Shown here: piece by piece, positions 29,401 to 46,000 of the stretch
Layout of the letters: every line of letters begins with the position of its first letter
Numbering within the stretch: position 1 is the first letter of the stretch
DNA from: Eledone cirrhosa
Taxonomy: Eukaryota
Length of the DNA: 64,000 bases
Direction of reading: 5' to 3'
Assembly: GCA_964016885.1 (NCBI GenBank)
Contig: OZ024741.1
Location: forward strand, 401,388,001-401,452,000
Position numbers and translations under genes: made by a program
Notes under the pieces: generated by a model
Told to the model about the DNA's origin: nothing
What the model saw: only the letters and a program-made list of their open reading frames with translations
The model's database searches: none

Positions 29401-32400
29401 CCAGTTCAATAGTTTGACAACATCCCATGACACCTGTTCAATTGTTTGACAACATACCATAACCCCAGTTCAATAATTTGATGACATCCCACAACCCCAG
29501 TTCAATTGTTTAATGACATCCCATGACCCCAGTTCAATAGTTTAATTACATCCCATGACCCCAGTTCAATAGTTTAAGGACATCTCATGACTCCAGTTCA
29601 ATAAATTGACAACATCCTATGACCCCTGTTCAATAGTTTGATGACATCCCATAACCCCAGTTCAATAGTTTCACAACATCACGTGATCCCTGTTAAATAG
29701 TTTCATGATATCCCATAACCCCAGTTCAATAGTTTGATAACATCCCATAACCCTAGTTGAATAGTTTAATGACATCCCAAGAGCCCAGTTCAATGGTTTG
29801 ACAACATCCCATGACCCCTGTTCAATAGTTTGATGACAACCCATAACCCCGGTTCAATAGTTTGACAACAACCCATAGCCATAGTTCAATAGTTTAATGA
29901 TATGCCATGATGCCCGTTCAAAAGTTTAATGACATCCCATAACCCTGTTCAATAGTTTGATAACATCCCATAACCCTAGTTCAATAGATTGACATCATCC
30001 CATTACCCCAGTTCAATAGTTAAATGACATCCCATAACCCCAGTTAAATAGTTTGACAACATCCCATAACCCCAGTTCAATAGTTTAATGACATACCATA
30101 ACCCCAGTTCAATAGTTTGATAACATTCCATGACCCTAGTTCAATAGTTTGACAACATCCCATAATCCCAGTTCAATAGTTTGACAAAATCCCATAACCC
30201 TAGTTCAATAGTTTAATGACATCCCATGACCCCAGTTCAATACTTTGACAACATCGCATGACCCCAGTTCAATAGTTTTATGACATGCCATATACCCCAG
30301 TTAAATAGTTTGACAACATCCCATAACCCAGTTCAATAGTTTAATGACAGACCATGACCCGATTTCAATAGTTTGACAACATCACATCACCCCTGTTCAA
30401 TAGTTTGACAACATCCCATAAACCTAGGTCAATAGTTTAATGACATCCCATGAACCCAGTTCAATAGTTTGACAACATCCCATAACCCTAGTTTAATAGT
30501 TGAATGACATCCCAGGACCCCAGTTTAATAGTTTGACAACATCACATGACCCCAGTTCAATAGTTTGATGACATCCCATAACCCCAGTTTAATAGTTTGA
30601 TAATATCCCATAACCCTAGTTCAATAGTTTAATGACATCCCATAACTCCAGTTGAATAGTTTAATGACATCCGTGACTCCAGTTCAATAGTTTAATGGCA
30701 TACCATAACCTCAGTTCAATAGTTTGACAACATTACATGACCCCTGTTCAATAGTTTGATGACATCCCATAACCCCAGTTCAATAATTTGACAAGATTCC
30801 ATGACCCTAGTTCAATTGTTTGACAACATCCCATAACCCCACTTCAATAGTTTGATAACATCCCATGACACCAGTTCAATAGTTTAATTACATCCCATAA
30901 CCCCGGTTCAATAGTTTGACAACATCCCATGACCCCAGTTCAATAGTTTAATGACATCCCATGACCCCTGTTCAATAGTTTAATGACATGCCATGGCCCC
31001 AGTTCAATAGTTTGACAACATCCAATGACCCCTGTACAATAGTTTGATGAGATCCCATAACCCCAGTTCAATAGTTTAATGACATCCCATGACCCCAGTT
31101 CAATAGTTTGACAACATCCCATGACCCCTGTTCAATAGTTTGATGACATCCCATGAACCCAGTTTAATAGTTTGACAACATCCCATAACCCTAGTTCAAT
31201 ATTTTAATGACATCCCATGACACCAGTTCAATAGTTTGACAACATCATATAACCCTAGTTCAATAGTTTAATGGCATCCCATGACACCATTTCAATTCTT
31301 TGACAACATCACATGACACCAGTTTAATAGTTTGATGACGTCCCATGGCCCCAGTTCAATAGTTTGATGACATCCCATGTAACCCAGTTCAATAATTTGA
31401 CAACATCCCATAACCCTTGTTCAATATTTTAATGACATCCCATGACACCAGTTCAATAGTTTGACAACATCACATGACCCCAGTTTAATAGTTTGATGAC
31501 ATCCCAAGACCCCAGTTCAATAGTTGGACAGCATCCCATGACCCTAGTTCAATAGTTTAATGACATCCCATGACCCCATTTTAATAGTTTGAAAACATCG
31601 CATGACAACAGTTCAATAAGTTGACAACATCCCATAACCCTAGTTCGATAGTTTAATGACATCACATGACCCCAGTTCAATAGTTTGACAACATCCCATG
31701 ACCTTAGTTCAATAGTTTGATGACATCCCATAACCCCAGTTCAATAGTTTAACAACATCCCACAACTCTAATTCAATAGGTTAATGACATCCCATGACCC
31801 CAGTTCAATAGTTTGACAACATCACATGACTCCAGTTCAATAGTTTGACAACATCACATGACCCCGGTTCAATAGTTTGACAACATAACATGACCCCAGT
31901 CCAATAGTTTGATGACATACCATAACCCCAGTTTAATAGTTTGATGACAACACATAACCCAGTTCAATAGTTTGACAACAACCCATAGCCCTAGTTCAAT
32001 GGTTTAATGACATCCCATGATGCCAGTTCAAAATTTTGAAAACATCACATGACCCTAGTTCAATATTTTAATGAAATCCCATGACACCAATTCAATAGTT
32101 TGACAACATCACATGACCCCAGTTTAATAGTTTGATGTCATCCCATGACCCCAGTTCAATAGTTTGATGACATACCATGACCCCAGTTCAATAGTTGGAC
32201 AGCATCCCATGACCCCAGTTCAATAGTTTAATGACATCCCATGACCCCAGTTCAATAGTTTGACAACATCCCACAACCCTAGTTCAATAGTTTATGACAT
32301 CCCATGACCCCAGTTCAATAGATTAATTACATCCCATAACCCCAGTTCAATAGTTTGACAACCTCCCATGACCCCAGTTCAATAGTTTAATGACATCCCA

Positions 32401-33689
32401 TGACCCCTGTTCAATAGTTTAATGACATCCCATGACCCCAGTTCAATAGTTTGACAACATCCCATGACCCCTGTTCAATAGTTTGATGTGATCCCATGAA
32501 CCCAGTTTAATAGTTTTGACAACATCCCATAACCCTAGTTCAATATTTTAATGAAATCCCATGACACCAATTCAATAGTTTGACAACATCAGATGACCCC
32601 AGTTTAATAGTTTGATGTCATCCCATGACCCCAGTTCAATAGTTTGATGACATCCCATGACCCCAGTTCAATAGTTGGACAGCATCCCATGACCCCAGTT
32701 CAATAGTTTAATGACATCCGAAGACCCCAGTTCAATAGTTTGACAACATCCCATAACCCTAGTTCAATAGTTTTATGACATCCCATAACCCCAGTTCAAT
32801 AGTTTGACAACATCCCACAACCCTAGTTCAATAGGTTAATGACATCCCATGACCCCAGTTCAATAGTTTGACAACATCACATGACTCCAGTTCAATAGTT
32901 TGACAACATCACATGATCCCAGTCCAATGGTTTGATGACATACCATAACCCTTGTTCAATAGTTTAATGACATCCCATGACGCCAGTTCAAAATTTTAAT
33001 GACATACCATAACCCTGTTCAATAGATTCATAACATCCCATAACCCTAGTTCAATAGATTGATATCATCACATAACCCAAGTTCAATAGTTAAATGACAT
33101 CCCATAACCCCAGTTAAATAGTTTGACAACATCCCATAACACCAGTTCAATAGTTTAATGACATCAAATGACCCTACTTCAATTGTTTGACAACATCACA
33201 TGACCCCAGTTCAATAGTTTGACAACATCACATGACCCCAGTCCTATAGATTGATGACATACCATAACCCCAGTTCAATAGCTTGATGACATCCCACAAC
33301 CCCAGTTCAATTGTTTAATGACATCCCATGACCCCAGTTCAATAGTTTAATTACATCCCATGACCCCAGTTCAATAGTTTAAGGACATCTCATGACCCCA
33401 GTTCAATAGTTTGACAACATCCTATGGCCCCTGTTCAATAGTTTGATGACATCCCATAACCCAAGTTCAATAGTTTGACAACATTACGTGATCCCTGTTA
33501 AATAGTTTCATGATGTCCCATCACCCCAGTTCAATAGTTTGACAACATCCCATAAACCTAGTTCAATAGTTTAATGAAATCCCATGACCCCAGTTCAATA
33601 GTTTGCCAACATCACATCACCCCAGTTCAATAGTTTGATGATATCCCATAACCCCAGTTCAATAGTTGACAACATCCCATAACCCTAGT

Positions 33690-36600
33690 TTAATAGTTTA
33701 ATGATATACAATGACCCCAGTTCAATAGTTTGACAACATCACATGACCCCAGTGCAATAGTTTGATGACATCCCATAAACCCAGTTCAATAGTTTGATAA
33801 CATCCCATAACCCTATTTGAATAGTTTAATGACATCCCATGAGCCCAGTTCAATGGTTTGACAACATCCCATGACCCCTGTTCAATAGTTTGATGACATC
33901 CCATGAGCCCAGTTCAATGGTTTGACAACATCCCATGACCCCTGTTCAATAGTTTGATGACAACCCATAACCCCAGTTCAATAGTTTGACAACAACCCAT
34001 AGCCCTAGTTCAATAGTTTAATGATATGCCATGATGCCAGTTCAAAAGTTTAATGACATCCCATAACCCTGTTCAATAGTTTGATAACATCCCATAACCC
34101 TAGTTCAATAGATTGACATCATCCCATTACCCCAGTTCAATAGTTAAATGACATCCCATAACCCCAGTTAAATAGTTTGACAACATCCCATAACCCCAGT
34201 TCAATAGTTTAATGACATCAAATGACCCCAGTTCAATAGTTTGATGACATCCCATGACCCCAGTTCAATAGTTTAATGACATACCATAACCCCAGTTCAA
34301 TAGTTTGACAACATTCCATGACCCTAGTTCAATAGTTTGACAAAATCCCATAGCCCTAGTTCAATAGTTTAATGACATCCCATGACCCCAGTTCAATACT
34401 TTGACAACATCGCATGACCCCAGTTCCATAGTTTGATGACATCCCATATACCCCAGTTAAATAGTTTGACAACATCCCATAACCCCGGTTCAATAGTTTA
34501 ATGACAGACCATGACCCGAGTTCAATAGTTTGACAACATCACATCACCCCTGTTCAATAGTTTGACAACATCCCATAACCCTAGTTCAATAGTTTAATGA
34601 CATCCCATGACCCCAGTTTAATAGTTTGACAACATCACATGACCCCAGTTCAATAGTTTGATGACATCCCATAACCCCAGTTTAATAGTTTGATAACATC
34701 CCATAACCCTAGTTCAATAGTTTAATGACATCCCATAACCCCAGTTGAATAGTTTAATGACATCCCATGACTCCAGTTCGATAGTTTAATGACATCCCAT
34801 AACCCCAGTTCAATAGTTTGACAACATTACATGACCCCTGTTCAATAGTTTGATGACATCCCATAACCCCAGTTCAATAGTTTGACAACATTCCATGACC
34901 CTAGTTCAATTGTTTGACAACATCCCATAACCCCACTTCAATAGTTTGATAACATCCCATGACCCCAGTTCAATAGTTTAATTACATCCCATAACCCCAG
35001 TTCAATAGTTTGACAACATCCCATGACCCCAGTTCAATAGTTTAATGACATCCCATGACCCCTGTTCAATAGTTTAATGACATGCCATGGCCCCAGATCA
35101 ATAGTTTGACAACATCCAATTACCCCTGTACAATAGTTTGATGAGATCCCATAACCCCAGTTCAATAGTTTAATGACATCCCATAACCCCTGTTCAATAG
35201 TTTAATGACATCCCATGACCCCAGTTCAATAGTTTGACAGCATCCCATGACCCCTGTTCAATAGTTTGATGACATCCCATGAACCCAGTTTAATAGTTTG
35301 ACAACATCCCATGACCCCAGTTTAATAGTTTGATGACATCCCATGACCCCAGTTCAATAGTTGGACAGCATCCCATGACCCCAGTTCAATATTTTAATGA
35401 CATCCCATGACGCCATTTCAATAGTTTGACAACATCACATGACACCAGTTTAAAAGTTTGATGACGTCCCATGACCCCAGTTCAATAGTTTGATGACATC
35501 CCATGTAACCCAGTTCAATAATTTGACAACATCCCATAACCCTAGTTCAATAGTTTGATGACATCCCATGACCCCAGTTCAATAGTTGGACAGCATCCCA
35601 TGATCCCAGTTCAATAGTTTAATCACATCCCATGACCCCAGTTCAATAGTTTGAAAACATCGCATGACAACAGTTCAATGGTTTGACAACATCCCATAAC
35701 CCTAGTTCGATAGTTTAATGACATCCCATGACCCCAGTTCAATAGTTTGACAAGATCCCATAAACCTAGTTCAATAGTTTGATGACATCCCATAACCCCA
35801 GGTCAATAGTTTAACAACATCCCACAACCCTAGTTCAATAGGTTAATGACATCCCATGACCCCAGTTCAATAGTTTGTCAACATCACATGACTCCAGTTC
35901 AATAGTTTGACAACATCACATGACCCCGGTTCAATAGTTTGACAACATCACATGACCCCAGTCCAATAGTTTGATGATATACCATAACCCCAGTTCAATA
36001 GTTTGATGACAACCCATAACCCCAGTTCAATAGTTTGACAACAACCCATAGCCCTAGTTCAATAGTTTAATGACATCCCATGATGCCAGTTCAAAGTTTG
36101 AAAACATCACATGACCCCAGTTCAATAGTTTGATTACATCCCATGACCCCATTTCAATAGTTTAATGACACCCCATAACCTCTATTCAATAGTTTGACAA
36201 CATTCCATGACCCTAGTTCAATAGTTTGACAACATCCCATAATCCCAGTTCAATAGTTTAACAACATCCCATAACCCTAGTTCAATAGTTTAATGACATC
36301 CCATAACCCCAGTTCAATAATTTGACAACATCACATCACCCCTGTTCAATAGTTTGACAACATCCCATAACCCTAGGTTAATAGTTTAATGACATCCCAT
36401 GAACCCAGTTTAATAGTTTGACAACATCATATGACCCCAGTTCAATAGTTTGATCACATCCCATAACCCCAGTTTAATAGTTTGATAACATCTCATAACC
36501 CCAGTTCAATAGTTTAATGACATCCCATAACCCCAGTTGAATAGTTTAATGACATCCCATAACCCCAGTTCAATAGTTTGACAACATCCCATAACCCTTG

Positions 36601-39600
36601 GTCAATAGTTTAATGACATCCCATGAACCCAGTTCAATAGTTTGACAACATCCCATAACCCTAGTTTAATAGTTTAATGATATACAATGACCCCAGTTCA
36701 ATAGTTTGACAACATCACATGACCCCAGTGCAATAGTTTGATGACATCCCATAACCCCAGTTCAATAGTTTGATAACATCCCATAACCCTAGTTGAATAG
36801 TTTAATGACATCCCATGAGCCCAGTTCAATGGTTTGACAACATCCCATGACCCCTGTTCAATAGTTTGATGACATCCCATGAGCCCAGTTCAATGGTTTG
36901 ACAACATCCCATGACCCCTGTTTAATAGTTTGATGACAACTCATAACCCCAGTTCAATAGTTTGACAACAACCCATAGCCCTAGTTCAATAGTTTAATGA
37001 TATGCCATGATGCCAGTTCAAAAGTTTAATGACATCCCATAACCCTGTTCAATAGTTTGATAACATCCCATAACCCTAGTTCAATAGATTGACAGCATCC
37101 CATTACCCCAGTTCAATAGTTAAATGACATCCCATAACCCCAGTTAAATAGTTTGACAACATCCCATAACCCCAGTTCAATAGTTTAATGACATGAAATG
37201 ACCCCAGTTCAATAGTTTGAAAACATCACATGACCCCAGTTCAATAGTTTGATGACATCCCATGACCCCAGTTCAATAGTTTAATGACATACCATAACCC
37301 AGTTCAATAGTTTGACAACATTCCATGACCCTAGTTCAGTAGTTTGACAACATCCCATAATCCCAGTTCAATAGTTTGACAAAATCCCATAACCCTAGTT
37401 CTATAGTTTAATGACATCCCATGACCCCAGTTCAATACTTTGACAAAATCGCATGATCCCAGTTCAATAGTTTGATGCTATCCCATATACCCCAGTTAAA
37501 TAGTTTGACAACATCCCATAACCCCGGTTCAATAGTTTAATGACAGACCATGACCCGAGTTCAATAGTTTGACAACATCACATCACTCCTGTTCAATAGT
37601 TTGACAACATCCCATAACCCTAGGTCAATAGTTTAATGACATCCCATGAACCCAGTTCAATAGTTTGACAGCATCCCATAACCCTAGTTTAATAGTTGAA
37701 TGACATCCCATGACCCCAGTTTAATAGTTTGACAACATCACATGACCCCAGTTCAATAGTTTGATGACATCCCATAACCCCAGTTCAATAGTTTGACAAC
37801 ATTACATGACCCTAGTTCAATTGTTTGACAACATCCCATAACCCCACTTCAATAGTTTGATAACATCCCATGACCCCAGTTCAATAGTTTGACAACATTC
37901 CATGACCCTAGTTCAATTGTTTGACAACATCCCATAACCGCACTTCAATAGTTTGATAACATCCCATGACCCCAGTTCAATAGTTTAATTACATCCCATA
38001 ACCCCAGTTCAATAGTTTGCCAACATCCCATGACCCCAGTTCAATAGTTTAATGACATCCCATGGCCCCTGTTCAATAGTTTAATGACATGCCATGGCCC
38101 CAGTTCAATAGTTTGACAACATCCAATTACCCCTGTACAATAGTTTGATGAGATCCCATAACCCCAGTTCAATAGTTTAATGACATCCCATGACCCCTGT
38201 TCAATAGTTTAATGACATCCCATGACCCCAGTTCAATAGTTTGACAACATCCCATGACCACTGTTCAATAGTTTGATGACATCCCATGAACCCAGTTTAA
38301 TAGTTTGACAACATCCCATGACCCCAGTTTAATAGTTTGATGACATCCCATGACCCCAGTTCAATAGTTGGACAGCATCCCATGACCCCAGTTCAATATT
38401 TTAATGACATCCCATGACACCAGTTCAATTGTTTGACAACATCAAATAACGCTAGTTCAATAGTTTAATGACATCCCATGACGCCATTTCAATAGTTTGA
38501 CAACATCACATGACACCAGTTTAAAAGTTTGATGACGTCCCATGACCACAGTTCAATAGTTTGACAACAACCCATAGCCCTAGTTCAATAGTTTAATGAT
38601 ATGGCATGATGCCAGTTCAAAACTTTAATGACATCCCATAACCCTGTTCAATAGTTTGATAACATCCCATAACCCTAGTTCAATAGATTGACATCATCCC
38701 ATTACCCCAGTTCAATAGTTAAATGACATCCCATAACCCCAGTTAAATAGTTTGACAACATCCCATAACCCCAGTTCAATAGTTTAATGACATCAAATGA
38801 CCCCAGTTCAATAGTTTGAAAACATCACATGACCCCAGTTCAATAGTTTGATGACATCCCATGACCCCAGTTCAATAGTTTAATGACATACCATAACCCC
38901 AGTTCAATAGTTTGACAACATTCCATGACCCTAGTTCAATAGTTTGACAACATCCCATAATCCCAGTTCAATAGTTTGACAAAATCCCATAACCCTAGTT
39001 CTATAGTTTAATGACATCCCATGACCCCAGTTCAATACTTTGACAACATCGCATGACCCCAGTTCAATAGTTTGATGACATCCCATATACCCCAGTTAAA
39101 TAGTTTGACAACATCCCATAACCCCGGTTCAATAGTTTAATGACAGACCATGACCCGAGTTCAATAGTTTGACAACATCCCATAACCCTTGGTCAATAGT
39201 TTAATGACATCCCATGAACCCAGTTCAATAGTTTGACAACATCCCATAACCCTAGTTTAATAGTTGAATGACATCCCATGACCCCAGTTTAATAGTTTGA
39301 TGACATCCCATAACCCCAGTTTAATAGTTTGATAACATCCCATAACCCTAGTTCAATAGTTTAATGACATCCCATAACCCCAGTTGAATAGTTTAATGAC
39401 ATCCCATGACTCCAGTTCGATAGTTTAATGACATCCCATAACCCCAGTTCAATAGTTTGACAACATTACATGACCCTAGTTCAATTGTTTGACAACATCC
39501 CATAACCCCACTTCAATAGTTTGATAACATCCCATGACCCCAGTTCAATAGTTTGACAACATTCCATGACCCTAGTTCAATTGTTTGACAACATCCCATA

Positions 39601-40000
39601 ACCCCACTTCAATAGTTTGATAACATCCCATGACCCCAGTTCAATAGTTTAATTACATCCCATAACCCCAGTTCAACAGTTTGACAACATCCCATGAACC
39701 CAGTTCAATAGTTTAATGACATCCCATGACCCCTGTTCAATAGTTTAATGACATGCCATGGCCCCAGTTCAATAGTTTGACAACATCCAATTACCCCTGT
39801 ATAATAGTTTGATGAGATCCCATAACCCCAGTTCAATAGTTTAATGACATCCCATGACCCCTGTTCAATAGTTTAATGACATCCCATGACCCCAGTTCAA
39901 TAGTTTGACAACATCCCATGACCACTGTTCAATAGTTTGATGACATCCCATGAACCCAGTTTAATAGTTTGACAACATCCCATGACCCCAGTTTAATAGT
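33690..40000. repeat. Repeated block with 2,976-bp (93-monomer) offset plus a third partial ~1.5-kb copy
   Basis: GATATACAATGACC lies at 33703/36679 and near-identical ORFs at 33722/36698. CCAATTACCCCTGTA occurs at ~35116, ~38123 and ~39787. Confidence 0.78.
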
Positions 40001-43000
40001 TTGATGACATCCCATGACCCCAGTTCAATAATTTGACAACATCCCATAACCCAAGTTCAATAGTTTGATGACATCCCATGACCTCAGTTCAATAGTTGGA
40101 CAGCATCCCATGACCCCAGTTCAATAGTTTAATGACATCCCATGACCCCAGTTCAATAGTTTGAAAACATCGCATGACGACAGTTCAATGGTTTGTCAAC
40201 ATCCCATAACCCTAGTTCGATAGTTTAATGACATCCCATGACCCCAGTTCAAAAGTTTGACAACATCCCATAAACCTAGTTCAATAGTTTGATGACATCC
40301 CATAACCCCAGGTCAATAGTTTAACAACATCCCACAACCCTAGTTCAATAGGTTAATGACATCCCATGACCCCAGTTCAATAGTTTGACAACATCACATG
40401 ACTCCAGTTCAATAGTTTGACAACAACCCATAGCCCTAGTTCAATAGTTTAATGACATCCCATGATGCCAGTTCAAAGTTTGAAAACATCACATGACCCC
40501 AGTTCAATAGTTTGATGTCATCCCATGACCCCAGTTCAATAGTTTAATGACACGCCATAACCCCTGTTCAATAGTTTGACAACATTCCATGACCCTAGTT
40601 CAATAGTTTAACAACATCCCATAACCCTAGTTCAATAGTTTAATGACATCCCATAACCCAGTTCAATACTTTGACAAAATCGCATGACCCCAGTTCAATA
40701 GTTTGACAACATCCCTTAACCCCAGTTCAATAGTTTAATGACAGACCATGACCCGAGTTCAATAATTTGACAACATCACATCACCCCTGTTCAATAGTTT
40801 GACAACATCCCATAACCCTAGGTTAATAGTTTAATGACATCCCATGAACCCAGTTTAATAGTTTGACAACATCATATGACCCCAGTTCAATAGTTTGATC
40901 ACATCCCATAACCCCAGTTTAATAGTTTGATAACATCTCATAACCCCAGTTCAATAGTTTAATGACATCCCATAACCCCAGTTGAATAGATTAATGACAT
41001 CCCATGACTCCAGTTTGATAGTTTAATGACATCCCATGAGCCCAGTTCAATAGTTTGACTACATCCCATGACCCCTGTTCAATAGTTTATTGACATCCCA
41101 TGAGCCCAGTTCAATAGTTTGATGACATCCCATAACCCCAATTCAATAATTTGACAACATCCATTGACCCCTGTACAATAGTTTGATGACATCCCATAAC
41201 CCTAGTTCAATAGATTGACATCATCCCATAACCCCAGTTAAAAAGTTTGACAACATCCCATAACCCCAGTTCAATAGTTTAATGACATCAAATGACCCCA
41301 GTTAAAAAGTTTGACAACATCCCATAACGCCAGTTCAATAGTTTAATGACATCAAATGACCCCAGTTCAATAGTTTAATGACATCCCATAACCCCAGTTC
41401 AATAGTTTGACTACATCCCATGACCCCAGTTCAATAGTTTAATGACATCCCATAACCCCAGTTCAATAGTTTGACAACATTACATGACCCCTGTTCAATA
41501 GTTTGATGACATCCCATAACCCCAGTTCAATAGTTTGACAACATTCCGTGACCCTAGTTCAGTTGTTTGACAACATCCCATAACCCCAGTTCAATAGTTT
41601 GATAACATCCCATGACCCCAGTTCAATAGTTTAATTACATCCCATAACCCCAGTTCAATAGTTTGACAACATCCCATGACCCCAGTTCAATAGTTTAATG
41701 ACATCCCATGACCCCTGTTCAATAGTTTAATGACATCCCATGACCCCAGTTCAATAGTTTGACAACATCCCATGACCCCTGTTCAATAGTTTGATGACAT
41801 CCCATGAACCCAGTTTAATAGTTTTGACAACATCCCATAACCCTAGTTCAATATTTTATGACATCCCATGACACCAGTTCAATAGTTTGACAACATCACA
41901 TGACCCCAGTTTAATAGTTTGATGACATCCCATGACCCCAGTTCAATAGTTTGATGACATCACATGATCCCAGTTCAATAGTTTGAGAACATGCCATAAC
42001 TCTAGTTCAATAGTTTTATGACATCCCATAACCACATTTCAATAGTTTGACAACATCCCACAACCCTTGTTCAATAGGTTAATGACATCCCATGACCCCA
42101 GTTCAATAGTTTGACAACATCACATGACTCCAGTTCAATAGTTTGACAACATCACATGACCCCAGTCCAATAGTTTGATGACATACCATAACCCCAGTTC
42201 AATAGTTTGATGACAACCCATAACCCCAGTTCAATAGTTTGACAACAACCCATAGCCCTAGTTCAATAGTTTAATGACATCCCATGACGCCAGTTCAAAA
42301 TTTTAATGACATCCCATAACCCTGTTCAATAGTTTGATAACATCTCATAACCCTAGTTCAATAGATTGACATCATCACATAACCCCAGTTCAATAGTTAA
42401 ATGACATCCCATAACCCCAGTTAAAAAGTTTGATAACATCCCATAACCCCAGTTCAATAGTTAAATGACATCAAATGACCCCAGTTCAATAGTTTAATGA
42501 CATCCCATGACCCCAGTTCAATAGTTTGACAACATCCCATAACCCTCGTTCAATAGTTTTATGACATCCCATAACCCCAGTTCAATAGTTTGACAACATC
42601 CCACAACCCTAGTTCAATAGGTTAATGACATCCCATGACCCCAGTTCAATAGTTTGACAACATCACATGACCCCAGTTCAATAGTTTGACAACAACCCAT
42701 AGCCCTAGTTCAATAGTTTAATGACATCCCATGACGCCAATTCAAAATTTTAATGACATCCCATAACCCTGTTCAATAGTTTGATGAAAACCCACAACCC
42801 CAGTTCAATAGTTTGACAACAACCCATAGCCCTAGTTCAATAGTTTAATGACATCCCATGACGCCAGTTCAAAATTTTAATGACATCCTATAACCCTGTT
42901 CAATAGTTTGACTACATCCCATGACCCCAGTTCAATAGTTTAATCACATCCCATAACCCCAGTTCAATAGTTTGACAACATTACATGACCCCTGTTCAAT

Positions 43001-46000
43001 AGTTTTATGACATCCCATAACCCCAGTTCAATAGTTTGACAACATTCCATGACCCTAGTTCAATAGTTTAATTACATCCCATAACCCCAGTTCAATAGTT
43101 TGACAACATCCCATGACCCCAGTTCAATAGTTTAATGACATCCCATGACCCCTGTTCAATAGTTTAATGACATCCCATGACCCCAGTTCAATAGTTTGAC
43201 AACATCCCATGACCCCTGTTCAATAGTTTGATGAAATCCCATGAACCCAGTTTAATAGTTTTGACAACATCCCATAACACTAGTTCAATATTTTAATGAC
43301 ACCCCATGACACCAGTTCAATAGTTTGACAACATCACATGACCCCAGTTTAATAGTTTGATTACATCCCATGACCCCAGTTCAATAGTTTGATGACATCA
43401 CATGATCCAAGTTCAATAGTTGGACAGCATCCAATGACCCCAGTTCAATAGTTTGAGAACATCCCATAACTCTAGTTCAATAGTTTTATGACATCCCATA
43501 ACCCCAGTTCAATAGTTTGACAACATCCCACAACCCTAGTTCAATAGGTTAATGACATCCCATGACCCCAGTTCAATAGTTTGACAACATCACATGACTC
43601 CAGTTCAACAGTTTGAGAACATCACATGACCCCAGTTCAATAGTTTGACAACATCACATGACCCCAGTTCAATAGTTTGATGAAAACCCATAACCCCAGT
43701 TCAATAGTTTGACAACATCCCATGACCACTGTTCAATAGTTTGATGACATCCCATGAACCCAGTTTAATAGTTTGACAACATCCCATGACCCCAGTTTAA
43801 TAGTTTGATGACATCCCATGACCCCAGTTCAATAATTTGACAACATCCCATAACCCTAGTTCAATAGTTTGATGACATCCCATGACCTCAGTTCAATAGT
43901 TGGACAGCATCCCATGACCCCAGTTCAATAGTTTAATGACATCCCATGACCCCAGTTCAATAGTTTGAAAACATCGCATGACGACAGTTCAATGGTTTGT
44001 CAACATCCCATTACCCTAGTTCGATAGTTTAATGACATCCCATGACCCCAGTTCAAAAGTTTGACAACATCCCATAAACCTAGTTCAATAGTTTGATGAC
44101 ATCCCATAACCCCAGGTCAATAGTTTAACAACATCCCACAACCCTAGTTCAATAGGTTAATGACATCCCATGACCCCAGTTCAATAGTTTGACAACATCA
44201 CATGACTCCAGTTCAATAGTTTGACAACAACCCATAGCCCTAGTTCAATAGTTTAATGACATCCCATGATGCCAGTTCAAAGTTTGAAAACATCACATGA
44301 CCCCAGTTCAATAGTTTGATGACATCCCATGACCCCAGTTCAATAGTTTAATGACACGCCATAACCCCTGTTCAATAGTTTGACAACATTCCATGACCCT
44401 AGTTCAATAGTTTAACAACATCCCATAACCCTAGTTCAATAGTTTAATGACATCCCATAACCCCAGTTCAATACTTTGACAAAATCGCATGACCCCAGTT
44501 CAATAGTTTGACAACATCCCTTAACCCCAGTTCAATAGTTTAATGACAGACCATGACCCGAGTTCAATAATTTGACAACATCACATCACCCCTGTTCAAT
44601 AGTTTGACAACATCCCATAACCCTAGGTTAATAGTTTAATGACATCCCATGAACCCAGTTTAATAGTTTGACAACATCATATGACCCCAGTTCAATAGTT
44701 TGATCACATCCCATAACCCCAGTTTAATAGTTTGATAACATCTCATAACCCCAGTTCAATAGTTTAATGACATCCCATAACCCCAGTTGAATAGTTTAAT
44801 GACATCCCATGACTCCAGTTTGATAGTTTAATGACATCCCATGAGCCCAGTTCAATAGTTTGACTACATCCCATGACCCCTGTTCAATAGTTTATTGACA
44901 TCCCATGAGCCCAGTTCAATAGTTTGATGACATCCCATAACCCCAATTCAATAATTTGACAACATCCATTGACCCCTGTACAATAGTTTGATGACATCCC
45001 ATAACCCTAGTTCAATAGATTGACATCATCCCATAACCCCAGTTAAAAAGATTGACAACATCCCATAACCCCAGTTCAATAGTTTAATGACATCAAATGA
45101 CCCCAGTTAAATATTTGACAACATCCCATAACGCCAGTTCAATAGTTTAATGACATCAAAGGACCCCAGTTCAATAGTTTAATGACATCCCATAACCCCA
45201 GTTCAATAGTTTGACTACATCCCATGACCCCAGTTCAATAGTTTAATGACATCCCATAACCCCTGTTCAATAGTTTGACAACATTACATGACCCCTGTTC
45301 AATAGTTTGATGACATCCCATAACCCCAGTTCAATAGTTTGACAACATTCCGTGACCCTAGTTCAGTTGTTTGACAACATCCCATAACCCCAGTTCAATA
45401 GTTTGATAACATCCCATGACCCCAGTTCAATAGTTTAATTACATCCCATAACCCCAGTTCAATAGTTTGACAACATCCCATGACCCCAGTTCAATAGTTT
45501 AATGACATCCCATGACCCCTGTTCAATAGTTTAATGACATCCCATGACCCCAGTTCAATAGTTTGACAACATCCCATGACCCCTGTTCAATAGTTTGATG
45601 ACATCCCATGAACCCAGTTTAATAGTTTTGACAACATCCCATAACCCTAGTTCAATATTTTATGACATCCCATGACACCAGTTCAATAGTTTGACAACAT
45701 CACATGACCCCAGTTTAATAGTTTGATGACATCCCATGACCCCAGTTCAATAGTTTGATGACATCACATGATCCCAGTTCAATAGTTTGAGAACATGCCA
45801 TAACTCTAGTTCAATAGTTTTATGACATCCCATAACCACATTTCAATAGTTTGACAACATCCCACAACCCTTGTTCAATAGGTTAATGACATCCCATGAC
45901 CCCAGTTCAATAGTTTGACAACATCACATGACTCCAGTTCAATAGTTTGATAACATCACATGACCCCAGTCCAATAGTTTGATGACATACCATAACCCCA

